From the IMG/VR virus record IMGVR_UViG_3300029258_001230: a stretch of DNA of 64,000 nucleotides; one strand, written 5' to 3'. This document shows positions 1 to 8,476 of this stretch, in pieces; the stretch's first letter is position 1; each line of letters starts with the position of its first letter. Origin of the DNA: an uncultured virus (IMG/VR IMGVR_UViG_3300029258_001230) (taxonomy: Duplodnaviria; Heunggongvirae; Uroviricota; Caudoviricetes). Below the pieces are notes generated by a model that was not told where the DNA came from, made no database searches, and saw only the letters and a program-made list of their open reading frames with translations. A program made the position numbers and the translations under genes.

Positions 1-20
1 TTTGGGTGTTTTGGTGGCTC

Positions 21-113
21 GTGGAGGCGAAGTGGAGGACAAGTGGAGGGCGTTTTTGTTGATTGGCGTGGGTTGTGGGAGCAACGCGGAGGGCAAGTGG
101 AGGGTGAGTGGAG
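21..113 (+). repeat. Two triplets of G(T/C)GGAG direct repeats with 11-bp period (iteron-like)
   Basis: GTGGAG at 21, 32, 43 and GCGGAG/GTGGAG at 86, 97, 108; GC-rich island in an AT-rich genome. Confidence 0.75.
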
Positions 114-201
114 AAAATAAATACCGTAATTTACTTGCGGTTTTGGTTTTAAGTTAGTAGTTTAGTAAAACACACAAACAGAAATTGTAAATACATACAT
201 T

Positions 202-480
202 ATGGGAAAGTTTATTACTCTTAGAGAAGAGTTTGAAAGTGAAACAAAAGGAGAAAACTGTTCGGATCAACAGTATATCAAATGGTTGGAAAGTATTGTG
301 GAGAAAGAAACGTTTTTATCTGCAAAAAATGAAACTTACTACCCTTTATATGTAAGCTCTCCTGAATATGAAAAGCTTTTGGTTATACAAAGCTATCCAA
401 AAGAAAAGGTATGGTTTAAAAATAAAGAAATGACAACTCAACAGTTTACTGATTTACTTACAAAGGTTGGTTGGTCTTAA
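202..480 (+). CDS. hypothetical protein
   Basis: 92-aa ORF downstream of a CACAAAC leader motif; stop abuts the repeat at 481. Confidence 0.7.
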   Translation: MGKFITLREEFESETKGENCSDQQYIKWLESIVEKETFLSAKNETYYPLYVSSPEYEKLLVIQSYPKEKVWFKNKEMTTQQFTDLLTKVGWS

Positions 481-562
481 TAACACCGAAATAACCGCCG
501 TGCGAAGCCATGGCGAGTTATACGGTGTTAAAGAGCGTTGCGGAACTAATGCGAATTATTTT
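481..562 (+). repeat. Conserved attC-like double-hairpin repeat, copy 1 of 7
   Basis: TAACACCG-AAATAAC...GTTAT-ACGGTGTTA followed by second hairpin GCGTTGCGGAACTAATGCG and a T-rich tail. Confidence 0.9.
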
Positions 563-585
563 GGAAAACACACAAAACACATAAA

Positions 586-945
586 ATGAATATATTAAGA
601 GTATCAAAAACAGTAAAACCAGATCGTGAATTAAGCTACGATACAGTAATCGGTATAGCAGAAGGTAATCCACCTATTAACGTGCTAGCAAAACATATAG
701 AAAGCCGTATAGGATTAAGTTCAAAAGTAAGAAAGCACGATGAAGATACGTATAGGGTTACTTTTACAAGGCTTATTAATTGGAGCGAAGAGAACAAGCG
801 AGAGGTGGTCGAGGAATGCAAGAACTTTAACTCTATGTTTAATACTGATTTTTGCCCTATTCGATTTATAAACGGGGAGAAAGAATATGATAATGATCGT
901 TTCTTTTATGCAGAAGTAATTATACAAACATCAATAATTCAATAA
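586..945 (+). CDS. hypothetical protein
   Basis: 119-aa ORF with AT-rich leader. Confidence 0.7.
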   Translation: MNILRVSKTVKPDRELSYDTVIGIAEGNPPINVLAKHIESRIGLSSKVRKHDEDTYRVTFTRLINWSEENKREVVEECKNFNSMFNTDFCPIRFINGEKEYDNDRFFYAEVIIQTSIIQ

Positions 946-1308
946 CTTATGGAGAATTTTAGAACTAAAAAGCTTTACAGGGTAACGGGAGTCGTAGGCG
1001 TTTTGTCCTATGTGTTAATAATGGGTATATATGTGCTTTTAACTATTGATCTATGGTAGTATTTGTTATGAGTTCAACCGCAAAGGATTCCAGAGGAGGT
1101 ATAAGACAAACACTTACTCTATCATGTAATATAGATAATTTCATTAAAGCATTAGGCTTAATTGAGGGATTTGAAAAGAAGTATTCAGGTAAAGGATTTG
1201 AGGTGAAAAACAGAACTGAATTATGTTGTTTTTGAAAAATCGCATAGGGCAAAACAGGCTTTTTTCAGTGCTTTTTATAGCGTTTTTGGGTCAGAGCCAA
1301 AAATCGGG

Positions 1309-1420
1309 TAAAGCATTGATAAACAAAGGTTTAAGATTTTTAGACTCGTCTAAAAATAAAGTTAGACTCGTCTTTACATATTTGTTAGACGTATCTAACA
1401 AATTAATTAACACCTTGATT
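1309..1420. promoter_or_regulatory. Three TAGAC-core palindromic sites flanked by two IHF-consensus sites
   Basis: TTTTTAGACTCGTCTAAAAA (1337), TAGACTCGTCT (1363), TTTGTTAGACGTATCTAACAAA (1381); WATCAANNNNTTR on the minus strand at 1309-1321 and 1408-1420. Confidence 0.6.
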
Positions 1421-1500
1421 TGCAATAGTTTACAAGGGTGTTTAATTAAAAATAAAGGACTTAAAATTGTACCAATCGCATTTACATACGAAAAATAAAT

Positions 1501-1734
1501 ATGAAAATCAAGAAAGGAGCAGACTTAATTGACTATATAGAAGAAAAAAGATTAAAACAAAATATTTCTATTGAAAGAATATCAAAAGTTGTCAACATAC
1601 ATAAAACAACTTATTATCGTTTCTTAGATAAGTCATTCGCTGGAAGAAAACTTAAAAACCTAGATGTTTTTTTAGATATTGCAAGGGAATTAGATTTGGA
1701 AATAACAATAAAAAGTGTAAAAGATGAAAATTAA
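1501..1734 (+). CDS. XRE/Cro-family HTH transcriptional regulator
   Basis: EEKRLKQNISIERISKVVNIHKTTYYRF fits the HTH_3 pattern; ends IARELDLEITI. Confidence 0.8.
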   Translation: MKIKKGADLIDYIEEKRLKQNISIERISKVVNIHKTTYYRFLDKSFAGRKLKNLDVFLDIARELDLEITIKSVKDEN

Positions 1735-2029
1735 GTTTAGATTAAGATTAAATGAACATAGTTTTGGAAAATACCAAAAAGGAGACGAAGATGACTTCTA
1801 TATTAATGTATTTGATGAAAGTAATGGTCTTGTTAGATACCCTATACATAGTAGATGGGATATAGTTTCTTTTGAGATAGTAGAAGGAGATGAAGGAGAG
1901 ATGTATTTAAGTAAAAAAGAGGTTATGGATTTTTACCTATGGATGCAGAAGAACGAATACGATCACAATATTCCTTCCAGAGTGGAAAAGAAATTAAATA
2001 AGTATATTAGTGAGGCAAAAACACAGTAA
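1724..2029 (+). CDS. hypothetical protein
   Basis: ORF overlapping the upstream stop, operon context. Confidence 0.7.
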   Translation: MKIKFRLRLNEHSFGKYQKGDEDDFYINVFDESNGLVRYPIHSRWDIVSFEIVEGDEGEMYLSKKEVMDFYLWMQKNEYDHNIPSRVEKKLNKYISEAKTQ

Positions 2030-2031
2030 CC

Positions 2032-2214
2032 ATGGAAGCTTTAACAGTAAAAGAGTTGATTGAGCAATTAGAAAACTTTGATAAAGACAAAGAAGTTCAA
2101 GTTAGTGCAGTTGGTATTTCAGGTAAGGACAGTTGGAATACACCACTTAATTTAGAAGAGCTTACAGTCGATGAGTTTAAAGGAGTAGTTAGAATAAACT
2201 TTAGTCTTTATTAA
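2032..2214 (+). CDS. small phage protein
   Basis: LTVKELIEQLENFDKDKEV N-terminus is common in small phage proteins; stop lies in the TAAC of an attC-like site. Confidence 0.75.
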   Translation: MEALTVKELIEQLENFDKDKEVQVSAVGISGKDSWNTPLNLEELTVDEFKGVVRINFSLY

Positions 2215-2273
2215 CGAGTAGTGTATGTAGTCGGATTTTTCCGATAGGAAAATATGCGACATACATACTGTTA
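2212..2273 (+). repeat. attC-like hairpin
   Basis: TAAC...GTGTATGTAGTCG...CGACATACATAC...GTTA with inner hairpin TTTTCCGATAGGAAAA. Confidence 0.8.
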
Positions 2274-2614
2274 GGTTTAGTTTTTAAATTAAATTAAATT
2301 AAAATAAAATATATGAGAGAATTTACTTGTGCAATGGGTGAAGTTGTTGATTTAGATAATGATAAAACATACAACCATTTACCTAAAACTGCTAAAGAAT
2401 TAGATAAATTAATGTTCGCTGAAATAGGTATGGCATTAGTTTACACTAAATATTTCTATCCCGATTGGGATAAGAAACAATGCTATAGGATACATAAATT
2501 AATAGAAGGTTTTGCTAAAGAAAGAAAAAATAACTACGGCAACGTAAAATGGTTGAGAGAGCAAGTGTTTATTTTTCAAGACGAAACTGAAAATATGTGC
2601 TAATTAAACCTAAC
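2270..2614 (+). mobile_element. Integron-like gene cassette carrying ORF 2313-2603
   Basis: Begins GTTAGGTTTA and ends TAAACCTAAC (10/10 complementary); one ORF inside. Confidence 0.75.
2313..2603 (+). CDS. hypothetical cassette protein
   Basis: 96-aa ORF filling the cassette. Confidence 0.75.
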   Translation: MREFTCAMGEVVDLDNDKTYNHLPKTAKELDKLMFAEIGMALVYTKYFYPDWDKKQCYRIHKLIEGFAKERKNNYGNVKWLREQVFIFQDETENMC

Positions 2615-2690
2615 ACCGTAATAATCATAGTGCGAAGCATTGTGATTATGGAGTGTTAAGGAGCGTTCCGAAGGAAATGCGAACTATTTT
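2611..2690 (+). repeat. Conserved attC-like double-hairpin repeat, copy 2
   Basis: TAACACCGTAATAATC...GATTATGGAGTGTTA plus GCGTTCCGAAGGAAATGCG. Confidence 0.9.
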
Positions 2691-2702
2691 AAGCGAAAAA
2701 AA

Positions 2703-2936
2703 ATGAAAAAAGGAGATAAAATAATATGGGATAGTGGTTTTGGTTATGAGATAGGCTATTTTATCGAGGACTCTGAAAACAAAATGTATAACTCTTTTAA
2801 GGTAGAGTTGATTACAGGAGTAGTTCAAGAAGAAACGCTAATAAGCAAGGATGAGATAATTCCATACACCAAGGAGAGTCAGGAGCAAATGAGTAATAAG
2901 TATGGTTATTCTAAGGCTTTTAGTGAAATATTTTAA
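2703..2936 (+). CDS. hypothetical protein
   Basis: 77-aa ORF. Confidence 0.7.
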   Translation: MKKGDKIIWDSGFGYEIGYFIEDSENKMYNSFKVELITGVVQEETLISKDEIIPYTKESQEQMSNKYGYSKAFSEIF

Positions 2937-2982
2937 ATAATAATTATTTTTTTACTATATTAGAAACACAAACACAAATAAC

Positions 2983-3348
2983 ATGGAAAAATACATTAAA
3001 TCACAACAGAGTATTGAGGTTAAGAAGCATTTTAACAAGAACCAATCGGATAAAGATATTTCTTCAAAGGTATTATCGTTAAGAGTAGATTCTGAAACAG
3101 CTGAAATAGTTGATAAGAATTGTAAAGAAGCAGGGGTTTCTAAGAATAAATATTTGTCTGAATTAGTTACTGATAATAATTTTAAAATTAAAAAAGGTCA
3201 GAGAGTAAGGGTTAGAAATTCAGAAAATTCAGATTATTTAGATAGAGTTTTTGCTTTTTACGATCCAAAAAGAAAGCTGTACGTATGTGAACCGAGTTTA
3301 GAGGGAAGTACATTGTATTACGGTTACGAAGAGTGCTTGTTTGATTAA
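2983..3348 (+). CDS. Ribbon-helix-helix DNA-binding protein with extra C-terminal domain
   Basis: LSLRVDSETAEIVDKNCKEAGVSKNKYLSELV fits the RHH pattern. Confidence 0.65.
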   Translation: MEKYIKSQQSIEVKKHFNKNQSDKDISSKVLSLRVDSETAEIVDKNCKEAGVSKNKYLSELVTDNNFKIKKGQRVRVRNSENSDYLDRVFAFYDPKRKLYVCEPSLEGSTLYYGYEECLFD

Positions 3349-3350
3349 TT

Positions 3351-3776
3351 ATGAACCAGAAAACTCATAAAAAGTGCAAATCTTGTGGTAAAGATTTTCG
3401 GTTGTTTAAGACTACGGACAAGTTCTGTTCGTTTAAATGTGTTCCAGATAAGGAAATTCAAAAAAGAACAATAAACAAGGTGTCGAATAAACAGAAGGAA
3501 TTTGATTCAGAATACGAAAAGAATAGAAAGGCATTAATCAAAGAGATTTTTGATAAAAACGGGAAAATCATTTGTGAAAGATGTTATACTGATAAGTCAA
3601 TAATGTTTTCCACTCATCACATAATGTTTAGAAGTGAATATCCAAGGCATCCAATGTTACATAGCAGGGATAATTTAATTCATTTGTGTTATGATTGCCA
3701 TGAGTATTATCACGATAAGAAGAGTAATAGAGATAGTTTAGTAAAAGAGAGAGGTTTAATTGAAAAGTTCAAGTAA
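3351..3776 (+). CDS. HNH endonuclease (NinG-like) with N-terminal zinc finger
   Basis: CKSC...CSFKC; CERC...STHH...NLIHLCYDCH. Confidence 0.8.
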   Translation: MNQKTHKKCKSCGKDFRLFKTTDKFCSFKCVPDKEIQKRTINKVSNKQKEFDSEYEKNRKALIKEIFDKNGKIICERCYTDKSIMFSTHHIMFRSEYPRHPMLHSRDNLIHLCYDCHEYYHDKKSNRDSLVKERGLIEKFK

Positions 3777-3777
3777 T

Positions 3778-3969
3778 ATGAAATGGATATTTGTAACACT
3801 ACTAATTATACTTTCAATATTATCATCATGTACTAAATGTACTTGCCCTAATAAAGAGAGCAATATTGTTATAGATAAAGGAATAAACTTCTATACAATC
3901 GAAACGGATTCTTTCATTTATATTATAGATAAGGTAACTGGAGAGTTAAGTAACATTTTAAGAAAGTAA
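3778..3969 (+). CDS. putative small lipoprotein
   Basis: MKW + hydrophobic stretch + LSSC lipobox; ATG at 3778 preferred over the track start. Confidence 0.55.
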   Translation: MKWIFVTLLIILSILSSCTKCTCPNKESNIVIDKGINFYTIETDSFIYIIDKVTGELSNILRK

Positions 3970-3970
3970 G

Positions 3971-4150
3971 ATGGTTGATCCAAAGAATAGAAAGTCTGAT
4001 TACGTTTGCATTGATTGTGGAGTTAAGTATTTGCATGAAAGTCAAAAGAGCAAAAAACAGTCTGTAACTTTCTTCATGGATGAATGTGGTATTTGCTCTA
4101 ATTTCAAACCTGTTACACATATAAGAGTGTATAACTATTTAATTAAATAA
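3971..4150 (+). CDS. small zinc-finger protein (not in ORF track)
   Basis: Manual translation MVDPKNRKSDYVCIDC...ECGIC..., 59 aa. Confidence 0.65.
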   Translation: MVDPKNRKSDYVCIDCGVKYLHESQKSKKQSVTFFMDECGICSNFKPVTHIRVYNYLIK

Positions 4151-4158
4151 TAAAAAAA

Positions 4159-4674
4159 ATGAAAAACCAAAAGCATCACATATATTTCAAAGAATGTACT
4201 CAGGAGTTCATTACTCTTCCGATAAATACGCCTAACTGTTATTATCTAGGAGAGTTTACTTTTAAAGAACTAGACAATCTTCATGATCTTGTCGAGTCAA
4301 AACCTATATCTTATAATGATTTATTAAAACACATAAACAATAACTCGGTGTCTCCAGTGATAAGTAAAGTAGACGAAATAAGAAAACAAGCAGAATCCTT
4401 TTACAGAAATAAATACCCAAAAGTGAATGAGTTAAGTTTCTCAGATAATCTTATTATTGATATAATGACAGATTTTATGTACAAACACAAAGTTAAATTT
4501 AATAAAGTTGATTTAGATGATGTTATACCTATAATGGATAAGATAGATAAGTGTATTAGCGATGAATTAGAATATTCAGCAGGTTACACAGAAGAAGAAA
4601 TGGCTAAAATATCTGATGCAGTAGAAAGGATTAAAGATGTTGCAGATGAAAATTGGATGCTTGTCAGGAATTAG
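4159..4674 (+). CDS. hypothetical protein, possibly a fusion across a cassette junction
   Basis: 171-aa ORF; internal GTTATACCT at 4522 pairs with AGGCATAAC at 4673. Confidence 0.65.
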   Translation: MKNQKHHIYFKECTQEFITLPINTPNCYYLGEFTFKELDNLHDLVESKPISYNDLLKHINNNSVSPVISKVDEIRKQAESFYRNKYPKVNELSFSDNLIIDIMTDFMYKHKVKFNKVDLDDVIPIMDKIDKCISDELEYSAGYTEEEMAKISDAVERIKDVADENWMLVRN

Positions 4675-4677
4675 GCA

Positions 4678-4738
4678 TAACGTATGGTAATATGGTTAAG
4701 CGATAGCGACCCGATAGGGTTAACTATATTACGTGTTG
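4678..4738 (+). repeat. attC-like hairpin
   Basis: TAAC...GTAATATGGTTAA...TTAACTATATTAC...GTTG. Confidence 0.8.
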
Positions 4739-4840
4739 TACACTGTATGGCGACTTAACAGAACGAAACTTAAATCGAAGCACAGAAGTAGTATTTATTT
4801 TTTGTGCGGTGGTAAATATTAATTTGAAAAATTAAAACTT

Positions 4841-5461
4841 ATGACAAAATTTAGATTAAAAAAAGAATACCATGAATCAGTTAAAGAACTATTTCACGAT
4901 GACTATGCAAATAAAATAATTAACCTAAAAGAAAGCCAAGAGTTTTTTGTAGATAGAGGATTTCCTTTAGATAAAATTGAGAAGGTTAAAGAGATTACAC
5001 CGATTGAAGAATTGATAAATGTTCTTAGTATCCGATTCAAAGAAGTTGCTAACAATAATGCTATTGATAAAGAATACTGGATTGAAAAAGCAAATAAATT
5101 TAGGTGCGATTCGATTATAGATATACTTAGAGTATTTGTGGATTATGTAAATAAAAAACAACCTTCTTACGGGCATATTCCAGATGAGTGGATAAGAGAT
5201 TTTGCAGTAGAAGATAATGGTGAAATAGTTTATAAAAGTAGTGGCGATGATTATAGTAAAGGGCTAGATGATGGGATAGAGTATGCACGTAGTTTGAATC
5301 CTAAAAAAGCATGGGATATTATATATGATAGCCTACCAAGTTATCAAACAATTCATGAGTTATTAGAAGGAGAAGAATTGACAAGGAAGGAGTTTACATC
5401 TTTTATTGATGGTGCTAAATGGTTTAGAGATTATTTACAAGAACAAATTATAAAGGAGTAG
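4841..5461 (+). CDS. hypothetical cassette protein
   Basis: 206-aa ORF with a FIDGAKW motif typical of small phage proteins. Confidence 0.75.
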   Translation: MTKFRLKKEYHESVKELFHDDYANKIINLKESQEFFVDRGFPLDKIEKVKEITPIEELINVLSIRFKEVANNNAIDKEYWIEKANKFRCDSIIDILRVFVDYVNKKQPSYGHIPDEWIRDFAVEDNGEIVYKSSGDDYSKGLDDGIEYARSLNPKKAWDIIYDSLPSYQTIHELLEGEELTRKEFTSFIDGAKWFRDYLQEQIIKE

Positions 5462-5463
5462 TT

Positions 5464-5751
5464 ATGGAAAATAAAATTAGATGGGTAGCAGAAGCGTATA
5501 ATAAGGATGCTTATCAATGGAATGTAACACCAGAAAGACTATTAAACGAAGAGGTAGAAAGATTGTCTAAAAACTCTTCAATAAAGGAAATTAAACTTGA
5601 AGATGCTACTGATATAGGCGATGACTTAGTAAAAGTTTACAGAGGCTATAACTATAACGGAGAATTGATTTATCAATGGCTCGCTAATAGTGTTAATGTT
5701 GGATATTTTACTAATGAAATGACAAAAGATTATGAACGAAAAGAATTATAA
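5464..5751 (+). CDS. hypothetical cassette protein
   Basis: 95-aa ORF in operon. Confidence 0.7.
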   Translation: MENKIRWVAEAYNKDAYQWNVTPERLLNEEVERLSKNSSIKEIKLEDATDIGDDLVKVYRGYNYNGELIYQWLANSVNVGYFTNEMTKDYERKEL

Positions 5752-6031
5752 AAACTACTTAGACAATATTGTAACTGAATGTTTTAATAATCATTTGAGT
5801 TCTTTAGAATGGGATGAAAATGACCCAATTCAAAAAGCTATGTATTTAAGATTGCATGATGCTTCAAAACAGCTTTTAAGAAAAATGAAAGCAAAAGTAA
5901 TTAATACTTCACATTGCAAAATTGATGCTTATGCTGATGATGATTGGTGTAATAATTATCAAAGTAGAGTTAATTGTGATGGTTGTAATTTCTGTTTAAC
6001 AAGTGGTTGTTCGGAAATTCCGAACTCATAA
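5732..6031 (+). CDS. hypothetical Cys-rich cassette protein
   Basis: C-terminal WC...CDGCNFC...C. Confidence 0.7.
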   Translation: MNEKNYKNYLDNIVTECFNNHLSSLEWDENDPIQKAMYLRLHDASKQLLRKMKAKVINTSHCKIDAYADDDWCNNYQSRVNCDGCNFCLTSGCSEIPNS

Positions 6032-6111
6032 AAAGCGAGGGGAAGAAAAAATAAATACGGTATGATTAGCACCAACTTTGATACGAGAACGGAACTAAGC
6101 CATATTGTGTA

Positions 6112-6203
6112 CAACAGATTACGGCTATGAATTGAAGCCGTATAACAAATGATTGATTCAAAGAAATAACCTTAACAACGGCTTTTATTTATAGCCATTG
6201 TTA
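6112..6203 (+). repeat. attC-like hairpin
   Basis: CAAC...GGCTATGAATTGAAGCCG...CGGCTTTTATTTATAGCC...GTTA. Confidence 0.8.
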
Positions 6204-6385
6204 GCAACTTTTAAAATTATGGATGACGAAATAACAATAAACCTAAGAGCCTTAACTGAGCGACAAAGAAATAACCTTGCAAAGGTATTAGACCAAGCCT
6301 TGAATGATATTGAAGATGAAACCAACGAAGTAGCATTAGAAACCCTACAAAAATTTGTAGAGGAATAATTTTTATTGTTGCTAAC
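6200..6385 (+). mobile_element. Minimal gene cassette carrying a 49-aa ORF
   Basis: GTTAGCAAC...GTTGCTAAC (9/9 complementary). Confidence 0.75.
6219..6368 (+). CDS. small acidic cassette protein (not in ORF track)
   Basis: MDDEITINLRALTERQRNNLAKVLDQALNDIEDETNEVALETLQKFVEE. Confidence 0.65.
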   Translation: MDDEITINLRALTERQRNNLAKVLDQALNDIEDETNEVALETLQKFVEE

Positions 6386-6462
6386 ACCGAAATAACCTCC
6401 GTTTTAATGGAGGGTTATGTGGTGTTATGAGCCGTTGCGATAGCTAATGGCGTTTTCTTTTT
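6382..6462 (+). repeat. Conserved attC-like double-hairpin repeat, copy 3
   Basis: TAACACCGAAATAACCTCC...GGAGGGTTATGTGGTGTTA plus GCCGTTGCGATAGCTAATGGC and T-tract. Confidence 0.9.
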
Positions 6463-6504
6463 AAGAATTAATCACTATATTTAATCACACAAACAAAACA
6501 ATAC

Positions 6505-6657
6505 ATGATTTTAGAAGAAGCAATAAAGATTTTAGATAATCACCAAAAGTGGAGAAGAGGCGAAATAGAAGATTGGGTTTCTACCCCTAAAGAGTTAGGA
6601 GAGGCTATTGATTTGATTCTCACAACCCTCAAAAACAATAACCAACAGGAGGGATAG
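6505..6657 (+). CDS. small phage protein (not in ORF track)
   Basis: MILEEAIKILDNHQKWRRG...PKELGEAID, 50 aa, after a CACAAAC leader. Confidence 0.7.
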   Translation: MILEEAIKILDNHQKWRRGEIEDWVSTPKELGEAIDLILTTLKNNNQQEG

Positions 6658-6658
6658 C

Positions 6659-7309
6659 ATGAAAGAACTACTAAGAAGTATATATCTTTACAATAAAACC
6701 TACTATAAGGTTTGGGTTCATATTTGGGTGTTCTCAGATTCAAAAAACGTATTTGATTTTACTTATTCGGAACTATCTTCCGTTTTGGGTATTCCAGAAA
6801 CAACAATAAGAAGAGCTATTGATAAGATATTCAGAGCATGGAATGATGATGGCAGAACTTTAGTAGAATTTGAAAAATCAGAAAACGGATCAAATCAAAT
6901 TAAATTATATCCAAAAGGAAAGCCTAAGTCTAAGTTTTATGAAATTCACGATGAAATGTTCGATTGGGTTAAAGTTTGGTATAAAAAGAATGATTATGAC
7001 TATTTAGAAATCGGGAGACATAAAAAGTATATTCGATTAATATCAGACAAGATTAAGAAGTCAATGATTGAAAGAACAAATCAAGAGCCAAACGATGAGG
7101 GTGTATTGAATAGCTTTCAACTGTTTTTTGAGAACATTCCCGATTGGTGGATTAATCAAGGTCAGGCTACTTTGAATAAAGTAAATAAGAATTACGATAC
7201 TATATTGAATCAAATAAAATCTAAAAATGGAAAAAAACGAGATAGCTACCAAAAGTCAAGTGAGCAAGTTGGAGAAGTCGATTTTACCAAGCTTACCGAG
7301 AACGACTAA
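6659..7309 (+). CDS. putative replication initiator (N-terminal HTH)
   Basis: FTYSELSSVLGIPETTIRRAI HTH; overlaps the downstream gene as in O/P-like pairs. Confidence 0.55.
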   Translation: MKELLRSIYLYNKTYYKVWVHIWVFSDSKNVFDFTYSELSSVLGIPETTIRRAIDKIFRAWNDDGRTLVEFEKSENGSNQIKLYPKGKPKSKFYEIHDEMFDWVKVWYKKNDYDYLEIGRHKKYIRLISDKIKKSMIERTNQEPNDEGVLNSFQLFFENIPDWWINQGQATLNKVNKNYDTILNQIKSKNGKKRDSYQKSSEQVGEVDFTKLTEND

Positions 7310-8036
7310 TAAGATAATCGAAACTCACAGAACGCATAAAAAAGTAAAGGACTTTTCCGAATCTGATTTTGCAGGTCTTTACAAAAGTCTTTTGGCTATA
7401 TGTAAATTGGTTGGGATAAAGGACGCTCCAGACAATTCTGTAATGCTTCTTCTTTTAGAACACATTAAAGTTCATCATATAGATTTTTCAACAAAGGAAA
7501 TTGAAATAGCTTTTAGTATGGCTTCGGCAGGTAAGTTGGATTTTGACTTCGAGCCTTACAACAAGATGACTCCTCAATTAATATCCAAAACTTTAAACTC
7601 ATATAAAGAAAAAAGGAATAAAAGCCTAGTTGAAGTATCAAGACAAATAGATAAAGCCAATCGGGAGAAAGTAAACAGTTCCGTTAAAACTAATGACTCA
7701 ATGGCTATTGATTATATTGTTTCCGTTTATGAAAAGTATAAAAAAGAACAAGAAAAATCAGAGCCAGACCATGCCGTTTACAGAGATTGGGGAAATAAGA
7801 TTTACCATTTTTTAGACATGAAGGGCATTGTATCGTTCTCGAAAGATAAAAAGAAAGACGCTATGGAACGTGCAAAAGCAATCGTTTCTAAAGAGCAGTT
7901 TGAATCAGATGTTAGGTATAGCTTTGAGAAATCAGATAATAAAACAGTTGTAGAAGCAAAGAACTTATTAGTTCAGGAGTGGTTTAAGAACGCTTGCGAA
8001 ATGGATGTTAACATTCGGGAGTTGATAAAGTTGTAG
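7227..8036 (+). CDS. putative replication accessory or helicase-loader-like protein
   Basis: Follows the initiator; EIEIAFSMASAGKLD segment resembles Bacteroidota phage replication proteins. Confidence 0.45.
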   Translation: MEKNEIATKSQVSKLEKSILPSLPRTTNKIIETHRTHKKVKDFSESDFAGLYKSLLAICKLVGIKDAPDNSVMLLLLEHIKVHHIDFSTKEIEIAFSMASAGKLDFDFEPYNKMTPQLISKTLNSYKEKRNKSLVEVSRQIDKANREKVNSSVKTNDSMAIDYIVSVYEKYKKEQEKSEPDHAVYRDWGNKIYHFLDMKGIVSFSKDKKKDAMERAKAIVSKEQFESDVRYSFEKSDNKTVVEAKNLLVQEWFKNACEMDVNIRELIKL

Positions 8037-8099
8037 TATTTTTTTTGCGAAAACGCAACGATATTACTATATTTACACAATAATAAAACACACAAACAC

Positions 8100-8312
8100 A
8101 TGATTAATTTAAGTATTGAAGACTCTTTAAGCGAGTTAAAGCAAATCAACATTGAGATTGATAAACTAAACACAGAAATCAATGCAAAAGGTCTTGATTC
8201 TCCAGAGCAAAAAGTTAATGCGAAGCATGATATTTTAAGATTGGGTAGCCTTTTAAAAGATAAAGAGTTTTTGAACTATTGTTTAACCTATTTACTTACA
8301 AACAATGGATGA
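8100..8312 (+). CDS. hypothetical protein
   Basis: 70-aa ORF directly after CACAAACAC. Confidence 0.65.
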   Translation: MINLSIEDSLSELKQINIEIDKLNTEINAKGLDSPEQKVNAKHDILRLGSLLKDKEFLNYCLTYLLTNNG

Positions 8313-8433
8313 AGAAGAATTAGTGTCAGAAATGATCGTTGAATTAGCTGGTGAGTATTTGGAAGTAGATAGTAGTCAGCTAAAATACTTAAAGAAAGAA
8401 ATAAAGACTGAGTTAGTCGATAGCGATAGTTAA
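8305..8433 (+). CDS. small acidic protein (not in ORF track)
   Basis: MDEEELVSEM...DSDS, 42 aa; stop is the TAA of TAAC at 8431. Confidence 0.55.
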   Translation: MDEEELVSEMIVELAGEYLEVDSSQLKYLKKEIKTELVDSDS

Positions 8434-8476
8434 CGATAAAGCTAACGGCTTTTTTAATTGCCGTTAGGATGTGTTA
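8431..8476 (+). repeat. short attC-like hairpin
   Basis: TAAC...CTAACGGC...GCCGTTAG...GTTA. Confidence 0.75.

Larger units (their letters stand above)
4735..6115 (+). mobile_element. Three-gene cassette with nested terminal inverted repeats
   Basis: GTTGTACACTGTATGGC...GCCATATTGTGTACAAC (15/17); inner GTATTTATTTTTT / AAAAAATAAATAC. Confidence 0.75.

Noticed and set aside
1223..1498. ORF 1223-1498 as a gene
   Set aside because: TTG start, atypical composition, and it spans the palindrome/IHF-like region; more likely non-coding
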